Numbered from the stretch's first letter, positions 1-10,530 are shown. The stretch: DNA of 64,000 bases from Thermodesulfobacteriota bacterium (GCA_040755095.1 JBFMBH010000003.1:20143-84142); one strand, 5' to 3'. Program-made: numbers and translations. Notes: generated from the sequence alone by a model not told the origin.

Positions 1-595
1 AACCCCAGTCAGGATCCTACCGCCCGGCGGGTGCTGACTGTGGCAGCCGCGGACCGGAGGGTGGAGGCCATGGCCGGCCATGTCTCCGGGCTCCTGGGCA
101 CCGGTGGCATGCGCAGCAAGATCCTGGCGGCGCGCATGGTGTCCGCCCGGGGCGGCGCCTCCTTCATCGGCCCGGGGCGCGAGCCGGGCGTCATCCGCCG
201 TCTCTTTGCCGGCGAGGCGGTGGGCACCTTCTTCCTGCCCCAGGCCACCCGGCTGGCGGGCCGCAAGCACTGGATCGCCTTCGTGCTGCGGCCCAAGGGG
301 GCGCTGGTCCTGGATGCCGGCGCCCGCCAGGCCCTGGTCGGCGGCGGCCGGAGCCTCCTGCCCTCCGGCATCCGCGAGGTGCTGGGCCGGTTCGGGGTGG
401 GTGCGCCGGTGCAGTGCCTGGACGAGGCCGGCACGGCCTTTGCCATCGGCCTCGTCAACTACACCAGCTCCGACATCAGCCGCATTCTGGGCCAGCACTC
501 CTCCAGGATCGAGGAGATCCTGGGCTTCACCTACAGCGACGAGGTCATCCACCGGGACAACCTCGTCCTTCTCCCGGGCAAGGAGATGAAGAGCC

Positions 596-609
<14 letters not shown>
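1..609 (+). CDS. proB: glutamate 5-kinase, C-terminal part (5' end lies outside the window)
   Basis: Frame 1 is open from nt 1. Translation contains [12 protein letters not shown] and a PUA-like tail ([12 protein letters not shown]...[12 protein letters not shown]). Overlaps the proA start by 14 nt. Confidence 0.9.
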
Positions 610-1852
<1,243 letters not shown>

Positions 1853-1859
1853 GCAGGCG

Positions 1860-2606
1860 ATGGCCGGGGCGCAGCCGGGGGCCGGACAGCGGCTGGGCAT
1901 CCTGGGCGGCACCTTCGACCCGGTCCACCAGGGCCATCTCCATGTTGCCCGGGCGGCCCAGACCGCCCTGTCCCTGGATGCGGTCTGGCTGATCCCCGCC
2001 GCCGGGCCGCCGCACAAGCCAAGCCAGCCCCGGGCCCCCTTCGCCGACCGGCTGGCCATGCTGGAGCTGGCTGTGACCGGCGAGCCGGGCCTTGTGGCCT
2101 GTGGCATCGAGGCCGAGCGGCCGAGCCCCTCCTACACCATCGACCTTTTGGCCGCGCTCCGGGGCCGGCTCGGCCCCGGGCCGGAGCTCTTCTTCCTCCT
2201 GGGCGCCGACGCCTTTGTGGAGATCGGCAGCTGGAAGGCCTATGCCCTTCTGCCCGCCCAGGCACACCTGGTGGTCTTCCCCCGGCCGCCGGTGGCGCCG
2301 CAGGAGGTCGAGGCGGCCATCGCTGCCGTCTTTCCCGCCTTCCGGCGGCGATCCGGGGAGAGCGTCTGGACGGCGGCCGGGGTGCCCGGCCGCATCCGGC
2401 TCTTGGCCGGCCCGCCGCTCGCTGTCTCCTCCAGCCAAGTCCGGCAGAGGATCAGCGCCGGTCTGCCGGTGTCCGATCTCCTGCCCGCTGCGGTGGCGGC
2501 TCATATCGTGGCCCACGGTCTCTACCTCGCCCACCCGGCTTTGACATTGCCCCCCGCGTCCGGCTATGGTACGGGCAGGCCAGCCGGGGGGGACGACGAG
2601 CCATGA
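1860..2606 (+). CDS. nadD: nicotinate-nucleotide adenylyltransferase
   Basis: GILGGTFDPVHQGHL (HxGH nucleotidyltransferase motif) and SSSQVRQRI near the C-terminus. Conserved proBA-nadD gene order. Confidence 0.9.
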   Translation: MAGAQPGAGQRLGILGGTFDPVHQGHLHVARAAQTALSLDAVWLIPAAGPPHKPSQPRAPFADRLAMLELAVTGEPGLVACGIEAERPSPSYTIDLLAALRGRLGPGPELFFLLGADAFVEIGSWKAYALLPAQAHLVVFPRPPVAPQEVEAAIAAVFPAFRRRSGESVWTAAGVPGRIRLLAGPPLAVSSSQVRQRISAGLPVSDLLPAAVAAHIVAHGLYLAHPALTLPPASGYGTGRPAGGDDEP

Positions 2607-3109
2607 GCCACGGATTTCGCACCGGATTCGAACAGCTGATTGTCGCCCTGGCAGGCCAGGTACGGGCCTGCTATGGCCCGAGCCTCTGGGCCTTTGTCGT
2701 TTTCGGCTCCGTGGCCCGGGGGGTGCCCCGCCCGGATTCCGACCTGGACTGTCTGATCGTGGCTGATCCGCTGCCTGCCGGGCGGGTGTCCCGGGTGGTG
2801 GCCTTTGAGGCCGGCGTCGAGGATCCCCTGGCGCCGGCCCTGGTGTCGCTCCGGAGCCGCTTTGGCATCTCCCCGGCCCTGTCGCCGATCATCAAAACCC
2901 CGGCTGAGGTTGCCGCCGGCAGCCCGCTTTTCCTGGACATGGTGGAGGCGTCGGACATCCGTTACGATCGGGAGGGCTTTTTCGCCGGCTATCTGGCGTC
3001 CTTGGGCCAGCGGCTGCTCGCTCTCGGCGCCCGCAAGGTGGCGTTGGGCAGCGCCTGGTACTGGCTGCTCACACCCAGTCTGGTGCCCGGGGAGGTCATC
3101 GAATTGTGA
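2603..3109 (+). CDS. minimal nucleotidyltransferase (MNT) family protein, putative antitoxin of a HEPN/MNT pair
   Basis: FGSVARGVPRPDSDLDCLIV matches the GSxxRG...DxD polymerase-beta-type NTase motif. ATGA overlap with the nadD stop. Confidence 0.8.
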   Translation: MSHGFRTGFEQLIVALAGQVRACYGPSLWAFVVFGSVARGVPRPDSDLDCLIVADPLPAGRVSRVVAFEAGVEDPLAPALVSLRSRFGISPALSPIIKTPAEVAAGSPLFLDMVEASDIRYDREGFFAGYLASLGQRLLALGARKVALGSAWYWLLTPSLVPGEVIEL

Positions 3110-3531
3110 CCTCCCTGACGCTGGCCCGGAGCTACCTAGTGAAGGCTACCAAGCGGCTCAAGATCCTGGATGTGCTCTTGGGGGAGGAGGCTTACTCCGA
3201 CGTGGTGCGGGAGGCCCAGGAGATTGTGGAGCTGGCTCAGAAGGCGATGCTGCGGCACCGGGGGATCGATCCGCCCAAGTGGCACGACGTGGGGCCGATC
3301 CTCCTGGAGCATGCGGACCGCTTCACGGACCTTCATCCCGACCAGCTGGCCCGCCTGGCCCGCATCTCCCGCTGGCTGCGCAAGGAGCGGGAGCTGTCCT
3401 TCTATGGAGATATCGATTTCCTGCCCACTGAGGCCTACAGCCTCGACGATGCCCAGCGCGCCATGGCCGATGCCCGGTTCACCGTCGCGATCGCCTCCGG
3501 CCTCATCCCTTCCCCCCCCTGTGCCAGTTAG
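3106..3531 (+). CDS. HEPN domain protein, putative toxin partner of the MNT
   Basis: 141-aa all-helical product. GTGA overlap with the MNT gene. KAMLRHRGIDPPKWHDV and RKERELSFYGD resemble HEPN (PF05168-type) partners of MNT genes. Confidence 0.72.
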   Translation: MTSLTLARSYLVKATKRLKILDVLLGEEAYSDVVREAQEIVELAQKAMLRHRGIDPPKWHDVGPILLEHADRFTDLHPDQLARLARISRWLRKERELSFYGDIDFLPTEAYSLDDAQRAMADARFTVAIASGLIPSPPCAS

Positions 3532-3577
3532 GACAGGGGGCGCCGTCCCGGCCCCCGGTTCTTCCTCGCCTCCCCCT

Positions 3578-5152
3578 TTACGGCCGCTTAGCCGCCCCTT
3601 TGGGGCAGCTGACCCGTCCGAGGTCCCGCTGGTGGTCGAAATCCGCATCCCGGTCCGGGGTGTGGCAGCTCTGGCAGATGATGGCCGCCGGTCGCCGCTC
3701 TGGCCGGCTGCCGGCGGGGGCGGTGGCGTGCGCCCGGCCGGGGCCGTGGCAGGCCTCACAGCCCACCGGCTGCAGATCAGCGGCCAGGCTGAGGAGGGCC
3801 TGGTCATCCGGCCCGGCGGCATAGGTGACGTGGCACGGCAGGCAGTCCAGGTTGCGGTCCTGTCCTTTGGCCTTCAGGGTTTCGAAGGCCTGGGCGTGCC
3901 GGGTGGCACGCCAGAAGCTGGTCTGGGCCGGGTGGCAGTCTGCACAGCGTTTCCAGCCCGCGTGGTCCTCGGGCTGGGCCGCCAGAAGCTGCAGCAGGGC
4001 CTGCAGCTCGGCGGGGGTGCCCTCGCCGCCGGCAGCGGGCAGCTGGGCTGAAAGCAGCTGCGCCAGATCGACGCCGCCGGCGCCAAAGGGCGAGGCCGCC
4101 GCGCCCGGCCCGGCTGGGGGGCCGGCCGGCGGCGGCGCCGGTGCCGGGGCTGGCGGGGCCTGCGCCGCAGCGGCATTGGCCGCGGCCACCTTGACCTTGA
4201 GGTCTTCAACGATGGCCAAGACCTCCGGGTCGTCCGGTCCCTGCTTCTCCAGGGCGGTCACCCCGTGCTGCCAGGAGCCCTCGCCAGGCGCCGCCGGCCC
4301 CGGCGCCCCGGCTCGCCAGGCCTTGGCCTTGGCCGGCCAGCTCACCGTGAGCTGGCCCAGGTACTTGCCCCGGGGGGCGACCCGGGTCAGGAGGGCGCTG
4401 CCCAGGGGCTGCGGCGCCCCGGCCGCTGCCGGCTGGCCAGCCTGGACGATCAGCCGGATCTCGGGCACGGCCGCGGCCAACGCCTCCAGCTCGGTTGCCG
4501 CCAGGTCGGTGAGCAGGATCAGGAAGTCGTTCCGGCTGGCCAGCTCCTTGGCCAGGGGCGGCAGGACTTGCCGCCAGGGCCGGATCTCCACCCCCTCTCC
4601 CCCCACCAGGGCGCCGGTCACCGGTGCGGTCAGGCCGATCACCGCCACCCGGCAGCCCCCCACCTTCTTCTCCCGGCTGGCCGGGAACACCGGCTTGCCG
4701 CTGGCCCGGCGCACCAGGGAGGCGGACAGCCACGGCAGGGGGATCCGCTTGGCCAGGGCCTCCAGGAAATCGACCCCGGCGGCCAGGTCGTTTCTCGCCA
4801 CGGCCACGGCATCGAAGGCCATGCGGCGGTAGGCCTCCGCAATCCCCTCCGCGGTGACCGTCTCCTGGGCCCGGCGGTTGGCGGCCACGGCCGGACCCTT
4901 GAACAGCAGCCCGCCGGCATCCACGGTCAGGGTCTCGATGCCGGCCTCGCGGCGCAGCCGGGCAAGCTGATACGCCTTTTTGGACAGACCGCCCAATTGT
5001 GCGGACTTTCAGCCGCAGGGCTCGGTCTCGCCGTTGACGTCGTTGGCGTAGAAGACCGCGAAGTCGGCTGCCAGGGTGTGGGCCGGCAGGCCGGCCACCA
5101 GGAGGAGCAGCGCGAACGAGCATGCAGGCCACGTCAAGAAAGAGGGTCTCAT
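3578..5152 (-). CDS. exported 5'-nucleotidase/metallophosphoesterase-like protein fused to a tetrahaem cytochrome c domain; contains an in-frame TGA (5011..5009) read here as candidate selenocysteine
   Basis: ORFs 5009..5215 and 3578..4996 share one frame and are separated by one TGA. Signal peptide MRPSFLTWPACSFALLLLVAGLPAHTLA from ATG 5152. Four CXXCH motifs (CADCH, CLPCH, CEACH, CQSCH) at the C-terminus. The downstream part has no ATG or signal peptide of its own. Confidence 0.6.
4980..4996 (-). promoter_or_regulatory. SECIS-like hairpin 3' of the in-frame UGA
   Basis: The mRNA can form 5'-UUGGGC[GGUCU]GUCCAA-3', a 6-bp stem including one G.U pair. It starts 13 nt after the UGA, and the loop G-U falls at +23/+24 from the U of UGA. 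Confidence 0.4.
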
Positions 5153-5183
5153 CGAGGTCGTCCTGCCAGGGGTTGAGGGTGGA

Positions 5184-6521
5184 TCAGCTGCGCCGCTCCG
5201 GCCCCGGGCGGCCACCGGTCGACCGGCGTGCCAGAAGGGCCCGCCACTTGGTCAGGCGCTCCCGGATCACCGCCTCGTGGCCCCGGTTGGTGGGCTCGTA
5301 CCAGTGCTCGGCGGGGAGGCCTTCCGGCAGGTGGGCCTGGGGCACCAGAGCGTCCGGGGCATCGTGGGCGTACTGGTACCCGGCGCCGTAGCCCAGGTCC
5401 GCCATGAGCCGGGTAGGGGCGTTGCGCAGATGTAAAGGTACCGGCAGACTGCCGGTCTTGTCGAGCACCGCTCGCACCCGGCCCAACGCCCGGTAGACGG
5501 CGTTGCTCTTGGGGGCGGTGGCGAGATACACGGCGCACTGGGCCAGGGCCAGCTCGCCTTCCGGGCTGCCCAGCATCTGGAAGGCCTCCCGGGCGGCCAC
5601 TGCCAGCATCAGGGCCTGGGGCTCGGCGTTGCCCACGTCCTCGGAGGCGAAGCGGATGAGCCGGCGGGCGATGAACAAGGGATCCTCGCCTGCCGCCAGC
5701 ATCCGGGCCAGCCAGTACAGGCCGGCATCCGGATCGGAGTCCCGCAAGGACTTGTGCAGGGCCGAGATGAGGTTGTAATGCTCCTCGCCGGCCCGGTCGT
5801 ACCGGAAGCCCTTTCTCTGACTCGCCTCTTCCACCAGAGCCGGGGTGATGGTGCGGCCGCCGTCGGCATCCGGCTCGGCCAGGGCCACGGCCACCTCCAG
5901 GGTGTTGAGCAGCCGGCGGCCGTCACCGTCGGCCAACCGCAAAAGGTGCGCGCGGCCGTCCCCGGCAAAGCGCACCAGCTCCTGCCCAAGGCCATGCTCC
6001 CGGTCCTGGAGGGCTCGGGTGAGCAGCCGGTCGAGATCCGTTTCCGCCAGCGGGGAGAGGACCAGCACCCGGCTCCGGGAGAGCAGGGGGGCGATGACAT
6101 GGAAGGACGGGTTCTCGGTGGTGGCGCCGATGAGGGTGAGGAGGCCACTCTCCACGTGGGGGAGGAAGGCGTCCTGCTGGGCCTTGTTGAAGCGGTGGAT
6201 CTCATCCACGAAGAGGACGGTGCGTACCCCTTCTTGCTGGCGCTTTTCGGCTGCGGCCACGAGCTGCCGGATCTCTTTGACCCCGGCCAGGACCGCCGAG
6301 AAGGCGACAAAGGCGGCGTCCACGTGCTGGGCCAGAAGCAGGGCCAGGGTGGTCTTGCCGCAGCCGGGGGGGCCCCAGAGGAGGAGAGAAGGGAGCTGGC
6401 GGGAGGTGACGAGCCGGCCCAGGATGCGGTTCGGGCCCAGGAGATGCTCCTGGCCGACGAGATCGGCCAGGTCCCGCGGCCGCATGCGCTCGGCCAGGGA
6501 CGCCGCGGGCAGGCCGGGCAT
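5184..6521 (-). CDS. rarA: replication-associated recombination protein A (AAA+ ATPase)
   Basis: LLWGPPGCGKTTLA Walker A, LFVDEIHRFNKAQQD, and a C-terminal MgsA domain (HYNLISALHKSLRDSDPDAGLYWLARML). Confidence 0.95.
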   Translation of the reverse strand: MPGLPAASLAERMRPRDLADLVGQEHLLGPNRILGRLVTSRQLPSLLLWGPPGCGKTTLALLLAQHVDAAFVAFSAVLAGVKEIRQLVAAAEKRQQEGVRTVLFVDEIHRFNKAQQDAFLPHVESGLLTLIGATTENPSFHVIAPLLSRSRVLVLSPLAETDLDRLLTRALQDREHGLGQELVRFAGDGRAHLLRLADGDGRRLLNTLEVAVALAEPDADGGRTITPALVEEASQRKGFRYDRAGEEHYNLISALHKSLRDSDPDAGLYWLARMLAAGEDPLFIARRLIRFASEDVGNAEPQALMLAVAAREAFQMLGSPEGELALAQCAVYLATAPKSNAVYRALGRVRAVLDKTGSLPVPLHLRNAPTRLMADLGYGAGYQYAHDAPDALVPQAHLPEGLPAEHWYEPTNRGHEAVIRERLTKWRALLARRSTGGRPGPERRS

Positions 6522-6525
6522 GGGG

Positions 6526-7848
6526 CTAGCGTGCCACCATGGCCCGCATCATATCGGCGGAGTTCTCGGCATGGTTGGCGATCTTGCCGATGATGTCAAC
6601 GGTGGTCAGCTGGTGGTGCAAAAGAATCGGCTCGGTAACCGTCTTGAAGACCAGGTGCTTGAGGCTCATTTCCATGGCATCGGCCTCATGCTCCACCGTG
6701 CGGATGGCGGAGATGATCTCCTTGACCCGTTTGCGCTCCACTTCGTCGCTGCTCCGGAAGAAGTCCCGGCCGGTCCGGATCATCTCGGGCAGCATCTGCA
6801 CCGCCTCGATGCATTTCGCCAGCAGGGCATGCACACCTTTGGTCAGCTCCGGGGTGAAGCCCTTGTCCACCAGAGACAGCCAGTCCACCAGGGTCTGAGC
6901 GTCGTCAGCAATCCGGTCCTGCTCCTTGACGTAGGCAAAGAGCTCGAACTTGTCGATGGGCATGATGATGCCCTTGGGCAGGTGGCCGCGGACGTTGCGC
7001 TTGACCGCGTCCGCCTCGTGCTCCTTCTGGTTGACCTGGGCGGCCAGCTGGTTGAACCGGGGCATCTCGCCGGCGGTGTACTGCGCGAGGGCCTGGCCGG
7101 CCAGGCTTACGCACTGGAGCACAATGCGGGCATGCTTTTCCAGGGCCTCCAGGGGGGCACGGGTGACCACGGGCTCGGGCAGCTGCTCCAGCCGCTGGTG
7201 GCGGATCTGCTGGCCGGCCACCAGGTAGACCACGTCCTCGGCGATGTTGGTAGCCTGGTCGGCGATCCGCTCCAGGTTGAGGGCCACCACCGTGGCGTGG
7301 ACCGCGGCGGTGATCACCTCCGGCTTGGCCTGCATGGCTTGCAGGAGCTGGGCCTGGATCGCCTCGCACAGGGCATCCGCATCCTCATCCAGCTGCCGCA
7401 CGGATTTGGCCAGGGCGGTGTCCTGGCTGACAAAGCTGTTGATCGCCTTTTCCATCATGTTGCGGGCCGTGGCGGCAAAACGCTGGAAGGCCTCCAGCTC
7501 CAGGGGCTGGCGATGGCCTGCGGCAACGATGCGCCGGGTCCGTTTGCAGATGTTCACGGCCCGGTCACCGACCCGTTCCAGCTCGTGGGCGATAGACAGG
7601 GCCGAAGTGATGAAGCGCAGGTCGGCCCCCATGGGCTGCTGCAGGGCCAGGATCTTGATGGCCTGGTCCCGGATCTCGATCTCCAGCATGTCGACCTGAT
7701 CGTCCTGGGCCCGTACCCGCTCAGCCAGTGTGTCGTCCAGCTTGGTGAAGGCGATCATCGCGGTCTGCAACGACTCCTCCACCAGGGACGACATCTTGAG
7801 AATACTGGTGTTGAGCTCGGTGATCCACTGTTGCGTGCGGGTAGCCAT
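6526..7848 (-). CDS. PhoU-domain protein fused to a DUF47 (PhoU-like, TIGR00153-type) domain
   Basis: The N-terminal half carries two PhoU repeats (DDQVDMLEIEIRDQ...ELERVGDRAVNI; EDADALCEAI...NLERIADQATNIAEDV). The C-terminal half has DUF47-like KEHEADAVKRNV and VEHEADAMEMSL helices. Start chosen at MATRTQQW (ATG 7848). Confidence 0.8.
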   Translation of the reverse strand: MATRTQQWITELNTSILKMSSLVEESLQTAMIAFTKLDDTLAERVRAQDDQVDMLEIEIRDQAIKILALQQPMGADLRFITSALSIAHELERVGDRAVNICKRTRRIVAAGHRQPLELEAFQRFAATARNMMEKAINSFVSQDTALAKSVRQLDEDADALCEAIQAQLLQAMQAKPEVITAAVHATVVALNLERIADQATNIAEDVVYLVAGQQIRHQRLEQLPEPVVTRAPLEALEKHARIVLQCVSLAGQALAQYTAGEMPRFNQLAAQVNQKEHEADAVKRNVRGHLPKGIIMPIDKFELFAYVKEQDRIADDAQTLVDWLSLVDKGFTPELTKGVHALLAKCIEAVQMLPEMIRTGRDFFRSSDEVERKRVKEIISAIRTVEHEADAMEMSLKHLVFKTVTEPILLHHQLTTVDIIGKIANHAENSADMMRAMVAR

Positions 7849-8015
7849 GGCAGTCCGAATGGTCGCAGAGACGCTGGGGGCGGAAAGAGTCGCGCAGCCC
7901 GCCGGCATGAGGCCGCGGGTACGCTCATTCAATACCGAATGGATGGAGGTTGGCAAGCAAATCTTGGCCGCCGTCTTCCCGGAAGGCGGCGGCCGATCGG
8001 AGCTTTCCCGCGGCG

Positions 8016-9372
8016 TTACGAAAGCTCCGGCAGCCTGGCCAGGGCCTCGCGGATCTTGTCTTCGGGATAGGCGTAGTCCACGAGCTTGCCGGCCAGATAA
8101 TCCGCGTAGGCAGCCAGATCCAGGTAGCCGTGGCCGCTCAGGTTGAAGAGGATGACCCGCTCTTTGCCCTCCTCCCTGGCCTTGAGTGCCTCATCTACCG
8201 CGGCCCGGATGGCGTGCGAGCTTTCCGGAGCAGGGATGATCCCCTCTGCCTTGGCAAACAGCACCGCGGCCTCGAAACAGGCGGTCTGGCCGTAGGCCTT
8301 CGCTTCGATGAGCCCGTCGTGCACCAGCTGGCTCACCAGGGGCGAGTCACCGTGGTAGCGCAGGCCGCCGGCGTGGATGCCGGGAGGCATGAAGTCGTGG
8401 CCCAGGGTGTACATGCTCAGGAGCGGGGTTAGGCCGACCACGTCGCCAAAGTCATAGCGGAACTGCCCCCTGGTCAAGGTCGGGCAGGAGGCGGGCTCCA
8501 CAGCCATCACCCGGACCAGCTTGCCGGCGATGCGGTCGGCGATGAAGGGAAAGGCAAGACCAGCCAAGTTGCTGCCGCCACCACAGCAGCCGATGACCAC
8601 GTCCGGATAGTCCCCGGCAATGGCCAGCTGCTTTTTGGCCTCCAGGCCGATGATGGTCTGATGCATGCACACATGGTTGAGCACCGAGCCCAGGGCGTAG
8701 TTGGTGTCGTCGTGGGTGGCGGCATCCTCCACCGCCTCCGAGATGGCGATGCCCAGGCTGCCCGGGCTATCGGGGTCCTTGGCCAGGATCTGACGGCCAG
8801 CGTTGGTCTGATCCGAGGGGCTGGGATGGACGGTGCCGCCCCAGGTCTCCATGGCGATGCGGCGATACGGCTTCTGGTCGTAGCTGACCCGTACCATGTA
8901 GACGGTGACGGTCAGTCCGAACATCTGACCGGCCAAGGACATGGCGGAGCCCCATTGGCCGGCGCCTGTCTCGGTGGCGATGCGGCGGATCCCCGCCTGC
9001 TGGTTGTAGTAGGCCTGGGGAATGGAGGTGTTGGGCTTGTGGCTGCCGGCCGGGCTCACCCCCTCATACTTGTAGTAGATCCGGGCCGGGGTGCCCAGAG
9101 CGGCCTCCAGGCTGCGGGCGCGGTGCAAGGGCGATGGCCGCCACAGGGCGTACTTCTCCAGAACCGGCTCCGGGATGTCGATCCAGCGCTGGGAGGAGAC
9201 CTCCTGCTCGATGAGGGCCATGGGGAAGATCGGGGTCAGATCCTGCGGGCCGCAGGGCTTTTGGGTGGCCGGATGCAGGGGGGGCTTGGGCAGGTTGGGC
9301 ATGTCCGCCATGACGTTGTACCACTGTCTGGGGATCTCCTCCTCCGGTAACACGATCTTCATCCGGCTCATG
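8016..9372 (-). CDS. TrpB-like PLP-dependent enzyme (tryptophan synthase beta-chain family, TrpB2 type)
   Basis: PAGSHKPNT (PLP lysine region), [11 protein letters not shown] and a long TrpB2-type N-terminus. Start MSRMKIV at 9372, preceded by an AGGAGA Shine-Dalgarno sequence. Confidence 0.9.
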
Positions 9373-9596
9373 GCATATCTCCTGCTCCGATAGGGTGTCT
9401 GGCCATAGGCGGCGTCGCCCGCGGTGTCAAGCCCAAGCACTTTACCAACCGCCTGTGGTCGCTGCAACGCGGAAAAAACGCGACCCGGGGCAGGAAGGGA
9501 TCGACAGGCAGGGCCGGCCTCGGCCAGAATGGGCTGGCGGTCGGGGCGGTCGGCCCAGAAGACGTCCAATCCCGAATTTTGGAAGGAGGAGCGAGC

Positions 9597-9917
9597 ATGC
9601 ACGAGGCGACCCTGCGCAAGTGGCACCGGACGCTGGGCATTGGCCTGGCCATTTTTGTGATCGTGCAGGCAGGAAGCGGTGCCCTTCTGTCTGCCGAGCA
9701 GCTCTTGGGCGGGCATGGGGATCATGTCGAGCCGGCTGCCGGCGAGCTGCCGCAGGAGATGGAGGTGGAGGTCACGGAGGGGCTGCACTACGGCGGCGGC
9801 CCGGTTGGCGCCGCCTATCGCCTGCTCCTGGGCCTCGGTCTGACCGGCATGGCGGGCTCGGGCAGTGTCATCTATTGGCAAGCCCGGGGCAGGCTGCGTC
9901 GGGCCCGCCGTCCATAA
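9597..9917 (+). CDS. small membrane protein, PepSY-associated-TM-helix-like
   Basis: GGAGGAG Shine-Dalgarno sequence 6 nt before ATG 9597. [26 protein letters not shown] and a C-terminal TM ([19 protein letters not shown]). Confidence 0.45.
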   Translation: MHEATLRKWHRTLGIGLAIFVIVQAGSGALLSAEQLLGGHGDHVEPAAGELPQEMEVEVTEGLHYGGGPVGAAYRLLLGLGLTGMAGSGSVIYWQARGRLRRARRP

Positions 9918-9920
9918 ACG

Positions 9921-9954
9921 ACAAGGCCCCTTCCCGGCAGGGAAGGGGCCTTGT
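9921..9954. terminator. bidirectional stem-loop between convergent genes
   Basis: Perfect 15-bp inverted repeat ACAAGGCCCCTTCCC-GGCA-GGGAAGGGGCCTTGT between the stops at 9917 (+) and 9981 (-). Confidence 0.6.
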
Positions 9955-9980
9955 GTGAAGGACGCCCGAAGGATAGTCGG

Positions 9981-10184
9981 TCAGGAGATCTTGGTGACGT
10001 TGGCGGCCTGCGGCCCCTTGGCACCCTGGACAACCTCGAAGCGCACCTTCTCGCCCTCCGCCAGGCTCCGATAGCCGGTGCCCTGGATGGAGGAGAAGTG
10101 CACAAAGACGTCCGGCCCGTTCTCCTGCTCGATGAATCCATAACCCTTGGAATCGTTGAACCACTTCACCTTGCCTTCTGCCAT
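9981..10184 (-). CDS. csp: cold-shock protein (CspA family)
   Basis: [33 protein letters not shown] contains the RNP1/RNP2 motifs. 67 aa. Confidence 0.95.
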   Translation of the reverse strand: MAEGKVKWFNDSKGYGFIEQENGPDVFVHFSSIQGTGYRSLAEGEKVRFEVVQGAKGPQAANVTKIS

Positions 10185-10264
10185 ACGAACCACCTATGCC
10201 TTGCTGGGATGTATCACTGGGCCCCAGGGCTGGAGCCCGCCTCGGGAAGGAAGCCCCCTTCCCC

Positions 10265-10305
10265 AAAAAAAATACCGCACAGAGCACTGAAATGGCCCGT
10301 GCGGT
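10265..10305 (-). terminator. terminator-like hairpin plus U8 tract inside the csp 5' leader (possible attenuator)
   Basis: Minus strand reads ACCGCAC-(18 nt)-GUGCGGU-A-UUUUUUUU, about 80 nt upstream of the csp start codon. Confidence 0.35.
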
Positions 10306-10530
10306 TCGTCTGACGTCATGGAGTCTTGGCTGAAGAAGAATTCGGCAAGCCGCACTGCTCCTTACTTCAGGCAGCTTAGCCGATAGCTTCCGAGAAAGCA
10401 ATGGCAAAATTCCAACGGCATCCTGGTAGATGGAGGCTTGACACCCGTTTCCGGGTATGCTACCAGCTTGACGCGAACCCGTGGCAGTCATTCGCGGATG
10501 TCCCAGAGCCAAGCCCACCAGGAGGTGCTC

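Noticed and set aside
4080-4200. GC-rich repetitive-looking DNA (gccggcggcggcgccggtgccggggctggcgg...).
   Set aside because: This is not a tandem repeat or CRISPR-like array. It encodes the Pro/Ala-rich linker (PAPAPAPPPAGPPAGPGAA) of the minus-strand cytochrome fusion protein.
9373-9881. N-terminal 170-codon extension of the trpB-like ORF (track ORF 8016..9881).
   Set aside because: TrpB2 similarity begins at MSRMKIV (ATG 9372), which has an AGGAGA Shine-Dalgarno sequence. The extension is low-complexity and overlaps the divergent promoter region and the plus-strand membrane-protein gene.
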